Position numbers and translations under genes: made by a program
Notes under the pieces: model-generated
What the model was told of the DNA's origin: nothing
Seen by the model: only the letters and a program-made list of their open reading frames with translations
The model's database searches: none
Shown: one piece after another, positions 1 through 13,724 of the stretch
Numbering within the stretch: position 1 is the stretch's first letter
Layout: each line of letters begins with the position of its first letter
Assembly: GCA_964057225.1 (NCBI GenBank)
Contig: OZ059894.1
Span: 8,928,001 to 8,992,000 of the forward strand
Length of the DNA stretch: 64,000 nt
Reading direction: 5' to 3'
From: Auanema rhodensis
Lineage: Eukaryota > Animalia > Nematoda

Positions 1-2404
1 CCAATAGCACTTGTGGATTCATCCAAGAAAACTATTTTGGGACGTGTATAGAACACTCGTGCCAAAGATAAACGCTGTAACTCTCCAGGAGATAAAGCGT
101 CAGCCCTAGAATTGAAAATTAGTTCTGCACAAGAATCCTAGAGCACACCAGTCAAAATCCACTGGAGTGTCAAAACCTTTACAACGCTCAAGCAAATGTT
201 CCATTTTCACCCATTCCAAAATTTGAGTTAACCGTTGAATGTCTAAAATGAAGATCGGTTTCTTTCTTAATTTGATAGATCACCTTTCTCAACAGGAAGT
301 GCTTTAATAGGGTATACTAACTGCTGTCTGAGTGTCAATGCTCCTGAAGGGAAATAAGGCTTCTGTGGAACAAATAATAAATTCGATGGACGAAGTCTCC
401 AGTGACGATCAACTTTTCCTAGATAAAAAGAATTAAACCCCCTTGACATGTTCACAGTATTTACCTGATGAAGCGTACCACAATCCAGCGAACATTCTAA
501 AAATAGACGTTTTTCCTGCTCCACTGTCTCCAGTGATAAGAACATTTTGCCCTTGCAATAATTGTATAGATAGGCCTTAAGTTTTTCATAAAATGACTAC
601 ATAGAACGGCTAAACGCACAAGAAACGATCATGTTCGAAGAATCATTAGCAGGTGACAAGCAGGCTGAATCAACTGTTATAGCTACACCATCATCAGGGC
701 AATCTTCCTCACGATCTAATCTTGCACCTGAACAAAACTTTGTTTACACTTTTATGCTATATAACCACAAACCTAGTAAAAACTGAGCTTCTTCCTCATC
801 ATCGCAATCCCTTTCTAATGATAGTTGTTTCCCATGAAGTTCTTCAATCTAAATCGAATCTTGAAACATGAACCATTTGATATTTGAACTCACAGTACGA
901 GCCGTATTAGTTTTTTCATCATCATCAGATGCAATTACAACCACACTAGATGGAACTGTGGATGGTGGTCTATCAGTTTCCAAACAATCGGAATGTAAAC
1001 GGCGAAGCTCTTCATACAATTCAACAACTCTGATAAACAGAGAATAATCTATAGTCTGATCAAAAATCTAACCTGTGAGTTAATCCAGCAAAATTTGCAA
1101 TCTTATCAGAAAGGCTCAATAAGTTAGTGAAGCAATATATCAGATAAAGATAGAAAAATGCATTCTAGGAAATAAAGAAGATGAATAACAGAAAAAAATG
1201 TTAAAACATACTCTTGAGACAATTCCGTTCAATTCTGTACCTTCCATATCATCATATGAATGAGTCATAAAAATCGGAATTCCGATAATTAGATAGGACA
1301 AAATACCACCAAAATATTCAAAAGCACCAGTAACAAAAGAGAGCACAAATCTCCATTCAGCAAGCTTCTTCTGTAAAAGCAAACATTTTCTAAATGATTT
1401 TGCTTTTAACCTTACCTGAGCTTTTAAAAGTGTTCGTAGTTTTTGATTAGCCATAACATTTTCTAAAAGTCCTGACTGATAGAAAGCTATAGATTCGACA
1501 TTTGTGCGGACTTCCATATGTCTTTGTCTGAAATGAGACGAATTGGGCTAATGAGCAAAATATGTTAGATAAAGCTAACCTAAAATCTCCTTCACGCTTT
1601 TCCTGATTATTTACTAAGCCAATCATAGGCGATATTAAAAACTTGTTAACAATAGTTACAATAAGGAAATATACATAAATAGTAACAGGGCCCAGCCATC
1701 CAGAACTATAAAAACAATTTAATAAAAAACGATAAAATTCAAAAAATGCTACCTTTGAAAAGTTAAATAAGAATAATAAGCTATTGTAAATGGAGCAATA
1801 ACTACTGGACCTAGAAGGTCCGTGCAAAGAATTTGAGTTGTTTTATCAACATCTTGTGTCATTCGTTGATCTCTGAAAAAATATAAATATTAAAAATAAT
1901 GAGTTTACATTTCTTACGGGTTGTCTAAAGTATCTGAAGTCATTGTCAACTTATAAAATGCATGTCTTTTAAAATATAAACGATGTAAAGTAAAATTGCT
2001 AATCTCACGGCATCTAATGGTAAGCAAAGCTGAGAAATATTTAATCAAAGACAAGGTCTAAAAGAACGAAATTAAGAATAGAAAGAAAACCATTAACACT
2101 TACCAAAGCCTTCAAGAATATAATCAATGTTGCTTTTGCTGCTAAAAGACGAAAGCCGGAAAAGTTTCGATTACCCAGAACTACATAAAATTCACTTGAC
2201 AGAATACCAACAAAATAAGTAGTGATTTGATCTTAATATCATTAATTATATGCAGAGAATAAAAGAAAACAAACCGAGAAAGGTGCAGACTAGAACAACT
2301 AGAGCTATCCAAGTTGTTTTAGCATTTCTTCTTAAAGGGAATAACAATTTTAAAAAGGTTGATATCCTTTTTAAAGTTAAACAGTCTAGTGCCAAGTTAC
2401 CCAT
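1..2404 (-). CDS. pmp-3: ABC transporter subfamily D half-transporter (ABCD4/PMP-3-like); multi-exon, 3' end lies beyond the window edge
   Basis: Spliced translation starts [13 protein letters not shown]... and includes [22 protein letters not shown]...[12 protein letters not shown] (EAA region), Walker [33 protein letters not shown], and the signature/Walker B segment [30 protein letters not shown]. Confidence 0.9.
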
Positions 2405-2626
2405 TCTACAAAACTAATATAATTTAAGAAAAAATATATATTTTTTTAAATTTAAAAATTTAGCAAATGTCACAGCACTCCAGAACATAAAAATTCCAGT
2501 GTGATTGAAAGACAAGCCATTTGTAAAGGTTTCCAATATATTGGTCTCATGCCGACAATTTAAAATTTTTGAGTTTTGAAAATTTTCCGTGTTTGAATTT
2601 CATTTTCACGTGGTATTTTAGAAGAT
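2405..2626. promoter_or_regulatory. Short bidirectional promoter region between ABCD4 and RFC1
   Basis: About 220 bp between divergent start codons; CACGTG at 2607-2612; AG acceptor-like sites just before both ATGs (possible SL trans-splice sites). Confidence 0.55.
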
Positions 2627-5600
2627 ATGGTAGGTTTTGGATTTAATTTAGCAAAATCAGCCCATGTATTGCCTAGCTTATGTAGTACATAAGTTTATAT
2701 AATCAGCTGATTCACGCAGTATATGACATAAGCAATACAGAACGAAAATTTCCAGAGTTTGGAAGACTACTTCAAGAGAAATAGAGAGAGTTATTCCACA
2801 CCGAATACCAGTGTATTAAGTGCCTTGAGGAAAGAAAAACAGCCAGAAAGCCCTCGTAGATCAAATAAGGAAGTCAATAAAAAGAGATCACGGCGACTAG
2901 ATACTACAAACTGTGAGGATAGAAGCGTCAATGATGTTGTTCTTGAATGTGAGCTAAAGTGTATGATTCTGAGTAAACTACAAAAAAGAAATGGAAATTT
3001 TCAATTTCAGCGGATAACGAATCTCCTCTACCATCGTCTTGTAGAAGAAGAATGGCTGGCAAACGGAAAATAGTTCATTGTTCATCAGGTATTTTTTGCT
3101 TCAATGTTAGATAACAGATTATCTAGGTTCCGAAGATGGGGAAGATGTCACACAAACAGATACTAAGAAAATACCTGATAAACATCGATCTAAGAGAGCG
3201 AAACTTGATAGCCACATTGAAGAACAACATAAAAAAGGATCGAAAAATAAGCAAGAGGCTATTGAAGATAGTGACAGTGAGGTTGAATCCGTGCTCATTA
3301 AGTTATTTAATTTAATGTATCTTGTATAGGAAACAGCCACAGATAGTGAGAATGAGTTCATTGAGAAAAAGGTGCCAAAAAAGAAAAACAAATTGCTCCC
3401 CGGACAAACCACTTTATCTTTCTCCAAAACTTCTAGCAAGTCGAAGGCGGCATCTGCAAGTGGCAAGTTTTTAAATAGAAACACTTCATTACTGCTATTC
3501 GTTTAGTTAGTAGTAAAGACAAGCCAATAAGTGCTAGTGCTTTTTTTGGTGATGATAAGTCAGCAAGTAAAACTGAAAAGGTGAGATATCTTGAACTTGT
3601 TTAGACTTATTTCTGTTTCTCAGTCAAAGGCCACGAAGATTAGTCCGTCTCAAAAAGAAAATGTTCCCAGAGTTACTGCTGAGGTTTTCTTGAATATTTG
3701 AAATTTCACTTTTTCATAACTCAATAGAAAGTCAAGAATTCTTCAACTTTGAAAAGAAAATCTCCTACCAAAATTGCAGTTCAGGAGAAAGGCCATAAGG
3801 GTGTTGAACCTGATTTGAAAGAAAAAAGTACCACCAAGATAGACTTGTCAAAAAACAAAAAGGATACAGTTGTGGAAAATAAGCTTCCGAGGATATCAAA
3901 TGAAACTGTTTCTTCGAAAAAAGCAAATGAAGTTTCCACGAAACAACCTTCTACTTCAGTTGTGGTAAAAAAACAAAAGGAGGTAAAATATTTTGTTGCA
4001 TTTTACATTTCATAAAAATAACTTTCTAAAAAGGTGGTATATGAAGTTCCATGGGTGGATAAGCATAGGCCAAAGACTGTTGCTCAGCTCATTGGACAAC
4101 ATGGCGACAAAAGTCCTCTTAACAAGTTGCTCTTTTGGCTCAAAGAATGGGCGAAGCATAACCTAGGCGAGGGAGCAAAAATTAAGAAAAGTAAGCCTAT
4201 ATATTTTAAATTATTTGGTTTTATTGTTTTCGTTTGATTTGGCTCATGTTTCCAGAAAAGCCACCTCCATTCGCTACTCACACTGATGGATCTCCCTTCA
4301 AAGCGGCATTACTTTCCGGTTCTCCAGGTTCAAATTCGGAATATTGTAAAGCTCTAGTATTTGAAACATTTCCAGGGATTGGTAAAACATCATCGTCCCA
4401 TCTGGCTTGTGAAAGTTTAGGCTTTAAAGTGGTAGAGATGAATGCCTCTGATGTACGTAATAAGAAACACTTGGAAGCTCAAGTAAGTTTTTGCTATATA
4501 TAGCTTATACATGTTCAATACCAGATTGCGCAATTGACGGGATCTCATCAAATTGAAGAATACTTTGGTAAGAAAAACAGCGAAATTCATTCTAATGATC
4601 AGAAAGTCCATCATGTTCTTATAATGGATGAGGTTGATGGAATGAGTGGAAATGAGGATCGTGCTGGAGTACGTTGTTTGTAAAAATTGCTTGTTGAAAA
4701 ATTAGTTTCAGATTTCTGAATTAATTCAAATGATTAAAGATACAAAAATCCCAATCATATGTATATGTAACGATAGGTTTTAATTTATGTCGTCTCATGA
4801 TTTTTATCTTAACGTATTTAGAGCTCATCCAAAAATCCGATCTCTGGCTAACCATTGCTATGATATCCGCTTCCCTAAACCCAGAGTTGAACAAATTAGG
4901 GTTTGAAAGAGTTAAAAGTGCGTGGATCATATACACATATTTAGAGTCGTATAATGAGCATTGCCTGTCAAGAAAAAATTAAAGTATCTAAAGATGAATT
5001 AGATCAAATAATTGAATTGTCAAGTTTGTATATAATTTGAAACTCAGATTTTATTGCATTTGCAGACCATGACGTACGCCAAATAATCTATAATCTTCAA
5101 ATGAGAGGAGCTTCTTCTGATGGACAAATCCAGAAAAAGGATTGTGCCATTGTTGGTTAACTATACAGTAGCAATTTTCTTCAATTTTTCTCTTTCAGAA
5201 CACCTTTGATGCAGCTCGTCGTTTGCTTGACTCCAGGGCAACTCTTCTCGAAAAGCAAGAAATGTTCTTCGTTGATTACGGTATTATGCCTTTATTTGTT
5301 CAAGAAAATTATCCTAACATGAAAAATGATAAGCACCGGTAATTTGTGCTAGAATTCGTTGATGATTATTTCATTAATTATAGTGGCGTAGATGCTATTC
5401 GAGGATTAAGGAAAGCTGCAGATCTTATTTCCTTAGGAGATATTACTGATAAATGCTTGAGAACAACGGGAGCTTGGAAACTTCTCAATGAGCAGGTTCC
5501 AATTTTTTCTCTGCTGCTTTTCTGATCTTCTTTTTAGTGCATGTTTTCCTCTGCTTTACCTTCTATTGCTGTTGATGGTCATCTCCGAGCCATGATACAG

Positions 5601-6256
5601 TTCCCTTCATGGTTAGGAAAAAATTCGTCAGCTGGAAAAAGACAAAGAATGATGCGTCAACTTGCCTCACATGCGCACTTAAAGTAATTTGTATTGAATT
5701 GCTTAAATTCAATTAGTTTTTTTTAATAGGATTTCTGCGGATACAAAATCTCTTGTAACAGATTATGTTCCTATTTTGCGTGATCGATTAACTCGGCCAT
5801 TATTGACTGACGAAAAGAATGGAGTACAGTAAGTGCGTTTACAGTAAGCCATACTTTTATATTATTATTAGGGCTGTAATTAATACCATGACTGAGTATG
5901 ATCTAGTGAAAGACGACGCTGATGCCATAGCTGAATTAGCTGTCTGGCCTGGTAAAATTGATCCTGGAGTAAAAATTCAGTCTAAAGTAATTTTTTTTAT
6001 GATAACTTGAATTTTGATATTGTCTTAGGTCAAAGCTGCACTAACAAGAGCTCTAAACAAAACTACTCGTATGTTGCCTTATGCTATCGATGAACTTTCA
6101 AAGGGAAAAAAGAAAGCAGCTGTGACCGGTAATATATTTTTCCTTTGTTTTGTAAACATCGTTCTCTTAGATGCTGAAGCCGAAGAAGAAGGTAACGATG
6201 CTGATGAAGAAGCCAAGTTGATCGATGAAGAAGGTAACGTTGTTGAACTTGCATAG
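2627..6256 (+). CDS. rfc-1: Replication factor C subunit 1 (clamp loader large subunit), multi-exon
   Basis: PWVDKHRPK, KAALLSGSPGIGKT (Walker A), VEMNASDVR, LIMDEVDGMSGNEDRAG (Walker B), IPIICICND, FFVDYGIMPLFVQENY, FPSWLGKNS, KVKAALTR, acidic C-terminal tail ending at TAG 6256. The ATG is inferred as a 3-nt first coding exon at 2627. Confidence 0.93.
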
Positions 6257-7332
6257 GAAGACAGTCATAAATTGGTACCAATATGTTTCAACATTTTCAA
6301 ATGAGAGCATGGGTAATTTCTTATTTTCAAATTGAACTTAGTGAATTTTTGTTTTTTAATGTATGTATTTTGGATTAAGCGACTGTTTCATCAACATTTA
6401 AGAAATAAATTTAACGATTTGCATTCCAAAGCTCACATGTACAACTTTCAAGAGGACGATTTAATACAAGAGAAGTGTAAAGAAAAAATGCTATTTTAGA
6501 TTGAGAGTATATCTAAGATTTTAGTGTGAAATGCTATATGCGTGTGCAAAACTTCTCGTCTCACAACTTTGCCTAAATCACTATTTTTAGATTAAACTAT
6601 CCATTAGTAACTTATTTTGTGGCTAAGTCGAAATAGTTTTCTTGCGATTTTGAATGAACCACACATGTTTATCAGGCCAGCCACAGTTTAGAAATCGGTA
6701 AAACAATAAGTACAAACATTACTAGGACAATTGAGATCAGCAGAACTGTTGCATTCTTTGATTCTTTCATTAGTTATCTGAACTTCAGATTAGCTTTTGA
6801 AAATAAAAGTTATCAAAAATTAAAGTTAACTCATCAACAATTTCAATAACTGAGGTTTTATGCTATAGCCGACAGATTTGAAATATTCTCCTTTTCGCTT
6901 TGTCAACAAGGCAAATTTCTGTTTATATCTGTTCTCTGCAGCTTAGAGAGATGCGCTTCGCCGATTTTTCAAGATATTCTTCTTGAAGCCAGAACGTCAG
7001 CTGTTTTGTTTTTTGCTCAGCACTTGACTGAATTAACCTTCGGCTATGTTATCTAGCGGCACTATATTTCTGATTATTTTTTTCTCATTTATTAGAATTG
7101 AACCGCTTTATACATTTTGAAGTATATTTTGCGATTTACAAATTATATTTCTAGTCACGTTTCAATCTTTCTATTCTAAATAGTCGTTGGCAAACACTTA
7201 CAACTTAAAACTTGCTTTATACACATTCTAAGAAAGAGTGTTTAGATCATTGAGTATATATTCTTTAACAATTTTGTTTGAAACACATGATTTCTGCCTT
7301 GCACCACGTCTTCATTACACACAGATTTCCAG

Positions 7333-8802
7333 ATGTCCGATATTGATAGTATTGAACATTCAACATCATCGTCCTCAGGTTCAATAGAGGAAAAATTGCC
7401 TGCTCGAAATAATTTAATACGAGGAAGAGATGGAGTGTATGCTGTGGGCAAAAAAATTTCTCAAGGTCGTTATGGAGCCGTTTATGAGGTACCCACTACC
7501 AGCCATTTGAAAACTTGAGGTTTTTCTTCAACTTTAGTGTCTAGCACTTATATGCACCTAGAATTATTTGAAAGATATAAATTAAGAAGCTCATTGATTA
7601 TTATTATCAGCAATGTTGTTTTGTTGTCGCTCATTGAAATTGTTTCACAGGTTCTAAGAAAACGAGATGGTAAGCCATTTGCTTGTAAATTGGAGATCTG
7701 CGACGCTCATTCACACGGATTGGATATGGATTATACTCTCATGAATATAGCAGGAAAAAAAGGTATATCTAAATAATATCTTGTGCTAATCACCTTCTGA
7801 GGAGGATCTGAACCAACAAATTTCAGGATGCCAACACCTCAATCAAATGATTGATCGAGGGAAAATTGAGGAGCATTTTAAATTTTTGATCATGCCATTG
7901 GTTTGTTGATCTTTGAGGTTGTTCATCTGTTCTTAATTTTCAAGCATGGCGACAATCTTCTAAAAGTGCAATCATTATTCGAGGAAGGGAGATTTTCGCT
8001 TTCAACCGGTTTACGCTTGGGCTTATTAACTTTGAAAGCTTTACAAGAAATTCACGAACTCGGCTATGTACATCGTGATATTAAAGTAAATTCTTAAAGT
8101 ACTTCCTTTTGACATAATTTTTTAACTTTTAAGCCATCCAATTTCTGTTTCTCTCCTTCTTCATGTTCACCAAACTTCAAATTAATACTGATTGATTATG
8201 GAATTACTAGAGCTCATACTCATAAAAATGGTGAAATTCGTACTCCTCGCACTGACGTTCGTTTCCGGTAAGATAATTTTTTTATATAGTAAATGAAATG
8301 CTTCCATAAATTAAGTAAACATGAATAAGGTTGTATCTATTATTTCAGAGGTACATCACGTTATGCTCCAATAGTTGCTCATAAGGGTGAAGAGCAATCA
8401 CCAAAAGACGATGTTGAGTCATGGTTATATATGATGATTGAATGGCTATCAGGTAATCATTCCTAACTGCTGAACGTATATGAGAATAACACTTATTTAG
8501 GCAAATTGCCATGGCATTCTGTGGATAAGGATGATCTCGATGAAATCAGGGCAAGGAAGGAATATTCTCATGGAGATGAAGGTTCAGCTATCATGTTGAA
8601 ATACAGTCCTAAGGTAAGCATATCTTAACTTGGTCTTATTAATGATTTGCCATTTCAGGTCGAATTTCGAAGAATAATGAAACATCTAGAAGGATTAAGC
8701 TATTACGAGCAGCCAAATTACTCATTGATAATTGAAATTTTACATCTTGCTATGTCAAACAATTCTGTAAAAATGGATGATTCATTTGATTGGTTAGAAT
8801 GA
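7333..8802 (+). CDS. Tau-tubulin kinase-like / casein kinase 1 superfamily Ser/Thr kinase, multi-exon
   Basis: ISQGRYGAVY glycine loop, ACKLE, GRFSLSTGLRLG, GYVHRDIKPSNF, LIDYGITR, FRGTSRYA, EQSPKDDVESWLY, LPW, PNY, C-terminal FDWLE; typical of the expanded nematode CK1/TTBK-like family. Confidence 0.9.
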
Positions 8803-8998
8803 TTTGTGTTCAAAAATGTTTTTTTTTTCAAATTACGGTTGTTCCACTCACATTTTCTCATTAATCGCTTTATAGTGTAGTTCTGTGATACCTAAAAAAA
8901 TGAAAAAAAGCTGAAGCTATTATATCTTGTTCAGAGTTCATTTTCTTGTAAAATAAATAAAACATATATATATCTTTCAATTTAGTTTATTTTTATTT

Positions 8999-10306
8999 TT
9001 AACATCCAAAATGTTGCGATAATGAATGTCCATTATTCGTTACTGCTCGTGTGCTCATATCATATTCAAATACTTGATGAGAAGTATACATTGTAGTTTT
9101 TCCATGATTCCAACTGTTGATTCCTCGAATATGATCAGGTATACCCTGAAATATTGTTTGAAATATATGAACGATATACTGAAAACAAACCACAAAATAG
9201 TCAGATGTTGATCCAGACATGAGAGATTTGTTCCAATATTCATCATAAAGTGCAAAATGTCCATCGTCCTAAACAGATATTAACTAATATGATTCAAAGA
9301 TTAGTACTAATTGAAAACTTACAGAAAGAAGAATTTGGCGTTTATCATTCCATTTCAAAGCTGCATTTGGAGCAAATTTTACGGTTGATGGTAAGGTCTG
9401 TAATGCATCGAAGGACATGAAGGTGTTGACATATACAAATCATGAGTACCTTTGGATATGATGATATAAGCTCATACTTTTTGGATGAATCTGTCTTCTT
9501 ATAAGCGTAAACATCTCGTTCATTTAAGAGTAAGAGCATCTCATTTGTATCATCATATACAGCAGATGTAACCATGGTTGGACCATCAGGAAAGGCTTGA
9601 TGTAAATGAAGTTTGCCGGTGACTCTTAGAATTGAAGTTGAAAAACCGGTTTACCGTAAAGACTATTAGTTACCTGTTATTAATGATTTGATAAACATTG
9701 AAAGAATCAAAAAGTAATTGTTCCCATGGACCTATTATGATAAATCAGATTTTAAAAATGATGTGATCGATAAATAAAGAAAAGAAAAAGTATTCTGAAT
9801 GTACATACCTGGAGTAAATGCATCAACCTTTTGAGGACACATATCACTATGTGAATCATGGATAACAAATCTTCAAAATAAATTTTAAAAGATAACAGTT
9901 TTTTCTAAAATAAAAACCTTTTTGTTGTTTGTGGAGCATGAGTCGTAGACACTGAAGGCTTGTGAGACTCGGGATGAGATGAAGCTTTTGGGAGAAGCTT
10001 AGGTGCCACCTAAAAAACGTAGTGCATGAGTTCAATATTTAAAAATGTTAAACATGCATGTTTATTTGATGGAATTGATATTTCAGCTCCTAGATCATCA
10101 GGAGTTGAATCAGAAAAAATAGATATTTCATCTCCTAAATTTTGCTCTGCTGGGTTGATTGTAGTACTCTAAAATATGTTTTTTAAAACAACAATGAAAT
10201 GAAAAGGAAAACGCCATACTGGTTCATTTTGAGTACTTTTGCTACCAAATCCAAATAAACCAGAATAAACTACAGGCAAGAAGCTAAATATGAACAGAAA
10301 TTTCAT
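8999..10306 (-). CDS. Secreted hemopexin-like (4-blade propeller) protein without an MMP catalytic domain
   Basis: Signal peptide MKFLFIFSFLPVVYSG, Ser/Thr/Pro linker, then C-PQKVDAFT ... FPDGPTMVTSAVYDD ... SSYPK ... GIPDHIRG ... FGC-stop. Opening Cys, YPK and terminal FGC are hemopexin hallmarks. Confidence 0.75.
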
Positions 10307-11729
10307 AATAATAGGAAAGTGAATAAGCTTCGTGAACTAACGTTACCTATATAAAGGTGAAAACAAGACATATGGACATTCTTACAACATGAAATATCAC
10401 GAGACCACTTTTTTCTGAAACAAAACTGACTTTGGGAAACTTCAACCCAAATTGATACTTCATGACAAGAAGGACAAACATATGACGTACAAACAGGATT
10501 CTAAGAAAAATAGAACTTTATGTATTCGATTATGATAGATTTGAAAAAATTTTGCTTTTTTTCCTTTTTCTCTCTCTGCCATCGAAACTCTTTTGATACA
10601 TCTAATTTTGATTTTTTCATAAACATTGGCTCTGAGAAAAATTTTGTTTTATGAAGATTAGCGAAGAAATAATCGTTTGAATTGTAAAATTTGGAAGTTA
10701 GATGATATAATCCGAATCATAACTCATAAAATGCCTTTTGGCACATTCAGAAAGAATTTGTTGATACTGAAACTGATATCTGGGATGTCTTTAAAGCTGT
10801 TCAGATATGATTTTAAAAAATAATTCACGAAATATATAAATTATTAATATTTTCATATTAATAAAATAAAAATTTGTTATTTAATGGTATAAAGTGAGAA
10901 AAATATCAAGGAATTGCATTTTATTAACTGACTTAAACTGTATTGAAATGAAGCCTGAACCATGAGCATATCTCTTATAAATTATTTGAAAGGAAATTAT
11001 TGAGAAATTTCAATATAAAAATTAATTTAACAGAAATGTTTATAAGGAGCTTTAAGTTTTGAGATACATCACACTAACGATATTTCAAATATAAAATATA
11101 TTTTTCAGAATAATAGAGATATGAGTTCTGAAGTTAGAGCGAATAGTGAGAATAAGGATCTTCCACTTATTACAAACTTCGTCAAAAATAAAAAAATCGA
11201 AAGGATCAAGGAAGAGTAGCAAATAACTTGGAGTACAGAGGTTCAACTAGATAGAACATTTCAATACAAGCGATATGTATAAAGAATATGTTGTAAATAC
11301 TATAGATTTTTGGGAAAAGCATGCTCTAAGGAACTCTAGCTACAAGCAGTTGATCACTTTTTCTACAGTAGAGGGTTAGAAACACTTCATCTGATTTTTC
11401 CTTTATATAATATATAAAAAATATGTAAATTACATAATTATATATGTAACTATGCCTTTTTCAATTTTTTTTCAGTTTAGTTTATAATTTATAACTATTT
11501 TTATAATTATTATAATTTATATTTAATAAAATTATATTTTATATTGATGTTGATGTTAAAATATGAAATTATTATAATGAGTTGAAAAAAAATAAAAGTT
11601 GTTGTCCCCAAGAGGAAACTATAAAGATTACTTCCGAAAACTTTAAAACATCAGTAAACAGAATCTATTCATTTAACAATTCAAACATATATTTAATATA
11701 AAAACATAAACAATTAAAAATATTATTTA

Positions 11730-12727
11730 TTAATTATTTTCAAGTTTCATTGAAGCTGACGATATTTTTTTGTGAGATGATTCTGTTAAAGTCTGTTTAT
11801 ACTTGCGAAGCTCTTCTTGGGTCCTGCTCCATGGTCTTAAGGTACAGCATTTATTCGTAGCTGTAGCAATAGTGTGGCCATTATCTAATGATGGCAATGT
11901 ACACGAAAAATATTCTTTTGTTCTAAAAAATAATTAAAATAATCTAATTATATTAAAGCTACACTGATGCTTACTTCATCTTATTGCATTCATCCTTATA
12001 ACTTGTTCGCGGTCCACTGCTTTTAGCTCGTGGTAGAAAGCCACGAATAGCATCTGAATCGTCAACGATGACACAAAAACAATCGCAAACAATCTACTCA
12101 CCTTCCATTGTAAAATCTCGAAGTCTTTGACGTTTAGAGCTGTCGTAAGTGAATGTTCGATTGAGGTAAGACTTATCTTGAGAAGCTAGCTTGTTTTCAA
12201 ATCTGAGAAACAGCAAATGAAATGAAACAAACAAATGGTAAAAATGTATGTTGAATAGTGAGAAACAAGAAAAATAATTGGAAGAAATTAGAAATATTAT
12301 CAAATTCCTGCCTGTTATCCCCCCAAAAAAAGTTTCTTTAATCAACAATAATCCAAAGTCATGCGAATACAAGTTGAGGTATCAAAAATACATAATAGCC
12401 CAGATTGTTTTTGAATTTTTTTTTGGGAAAATGCTTTTTTGAAGCTAAAAGAAACAAATATCTGTACAAACTTGAATACATATTCACATCTACGTCTACT
12501 CTTTCTTTTAATTATTTGCAAACTATTTGATGTGGCAGATGTTTATAGCAAATGCAATGAAATATTAACCAAAAAAAAATGTTTTTTTTTCGGTAACCAT
12601 TGAAGAAAAAATGAAAAAAAAAATGAAAAAATGTAAAAGGATTCATTATGATTTAAAGAGAAACTTACACCAGATTTTCACCAGAATTCGATAATGCCGG
12701 TAGTACTTGAACTTGAGAATCTTTCAT
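11730..12727 (-). CDS. Uncharacterised protein (at least 4 exons; more 5' exons possible up to ~13.5 kb)
   Basis: Four exons with canonical sites join in frame: MKDSQVQVLPALSNSGENLV/FENKLASQDKSYLNRTFTYDSSKRQRLRDFTME/DAIRGFLPRAKSSGPRTSYKDECNKMK/TKEYFSCTLPSLDNG...KLENN*. No family recognised. Confidence 0.55.
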
Positions 12728-13685
12728 ATCTTAAAAGAAAATCATATTATTATTATTATTATTATTATTATACAATATAATTGAATAATAAAATACGTAG
12801 AAATATTAGATTTATAATTTTAAAATATAAAATATTTGAGAAAAATGAAGTAAAATTAGAAAATTGCGGGACGTTGGTCATAAAGTAAATGAGATTTTTG
12901 AAATTGTTAGAAAAAGAATTTTATGATAAAGTGATAAATGGACGAATAAAATTTTTTTTATAGAATTTGAATATATATAGAAAAATATTTAACTATATCT
13001 ACACTAACTATATATTTGATGATACATAGTTTTACTAAAAAGAACAGCAGCATCAAATTAAATTACAGGTGATATAGTTTGAACTGAGAACACAGCAAAG
13101 TAATTGCATGTGGTATGAGGATATGAGGGAACTTAGGTTTCTTTGAGTTTTGTTCTACTTGAACTTTCTGTAAATTCACTACGAAATTATGAAAGAAATT
13201 TGATATCATAAGAGAAATGTGCCCAGGGAAATATAAAAATATGAGAATTAAATATGAATAGGCTGAATACAAAATACCAAACTTCCAGCTTTTAATCTCA
13301 GATCTCTCTTGGATACAGACGTCTGTGAGCTGAGCCTGAAGAAGAATGAAATGAATGTTGAAAGTTGAGAGGCTGGTGAGCGTTTTATTGAAAAGTTGGA
13401 TTGAAAAGCATATGATTGGTAGGAGATAACATGGCTGAGAGTTATTGTCATCCATCATAGTAACCAGGGTAACGACAAAAAGCAATAATAGAAAAAATAT
13501 TTCACACTCATGTGTTTCATCTTGATCAGCCCATTTTTGTTTTTTATTTCAATTTTCTTTGTCAATATTGATCAAATTTAAAAAAAAAAGGCTAACTGTT
13601 TCCAACATAAACATTTATAATTAAACGTTTTTTGATATGATAAAGTACTGAGAACATTTGTCTTTTCCAAAAACATATACAACAA

Positions 13686-13724
13686 GAGAGAGAGAGAGAA
13701 AAAGAGAGAGAGAGAGAGAGAGAG
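13686..13724. repeat. (GA)n microsatellite
   Basis: Visible interrupted AG dinucleotide run. Confidence 0.85.
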
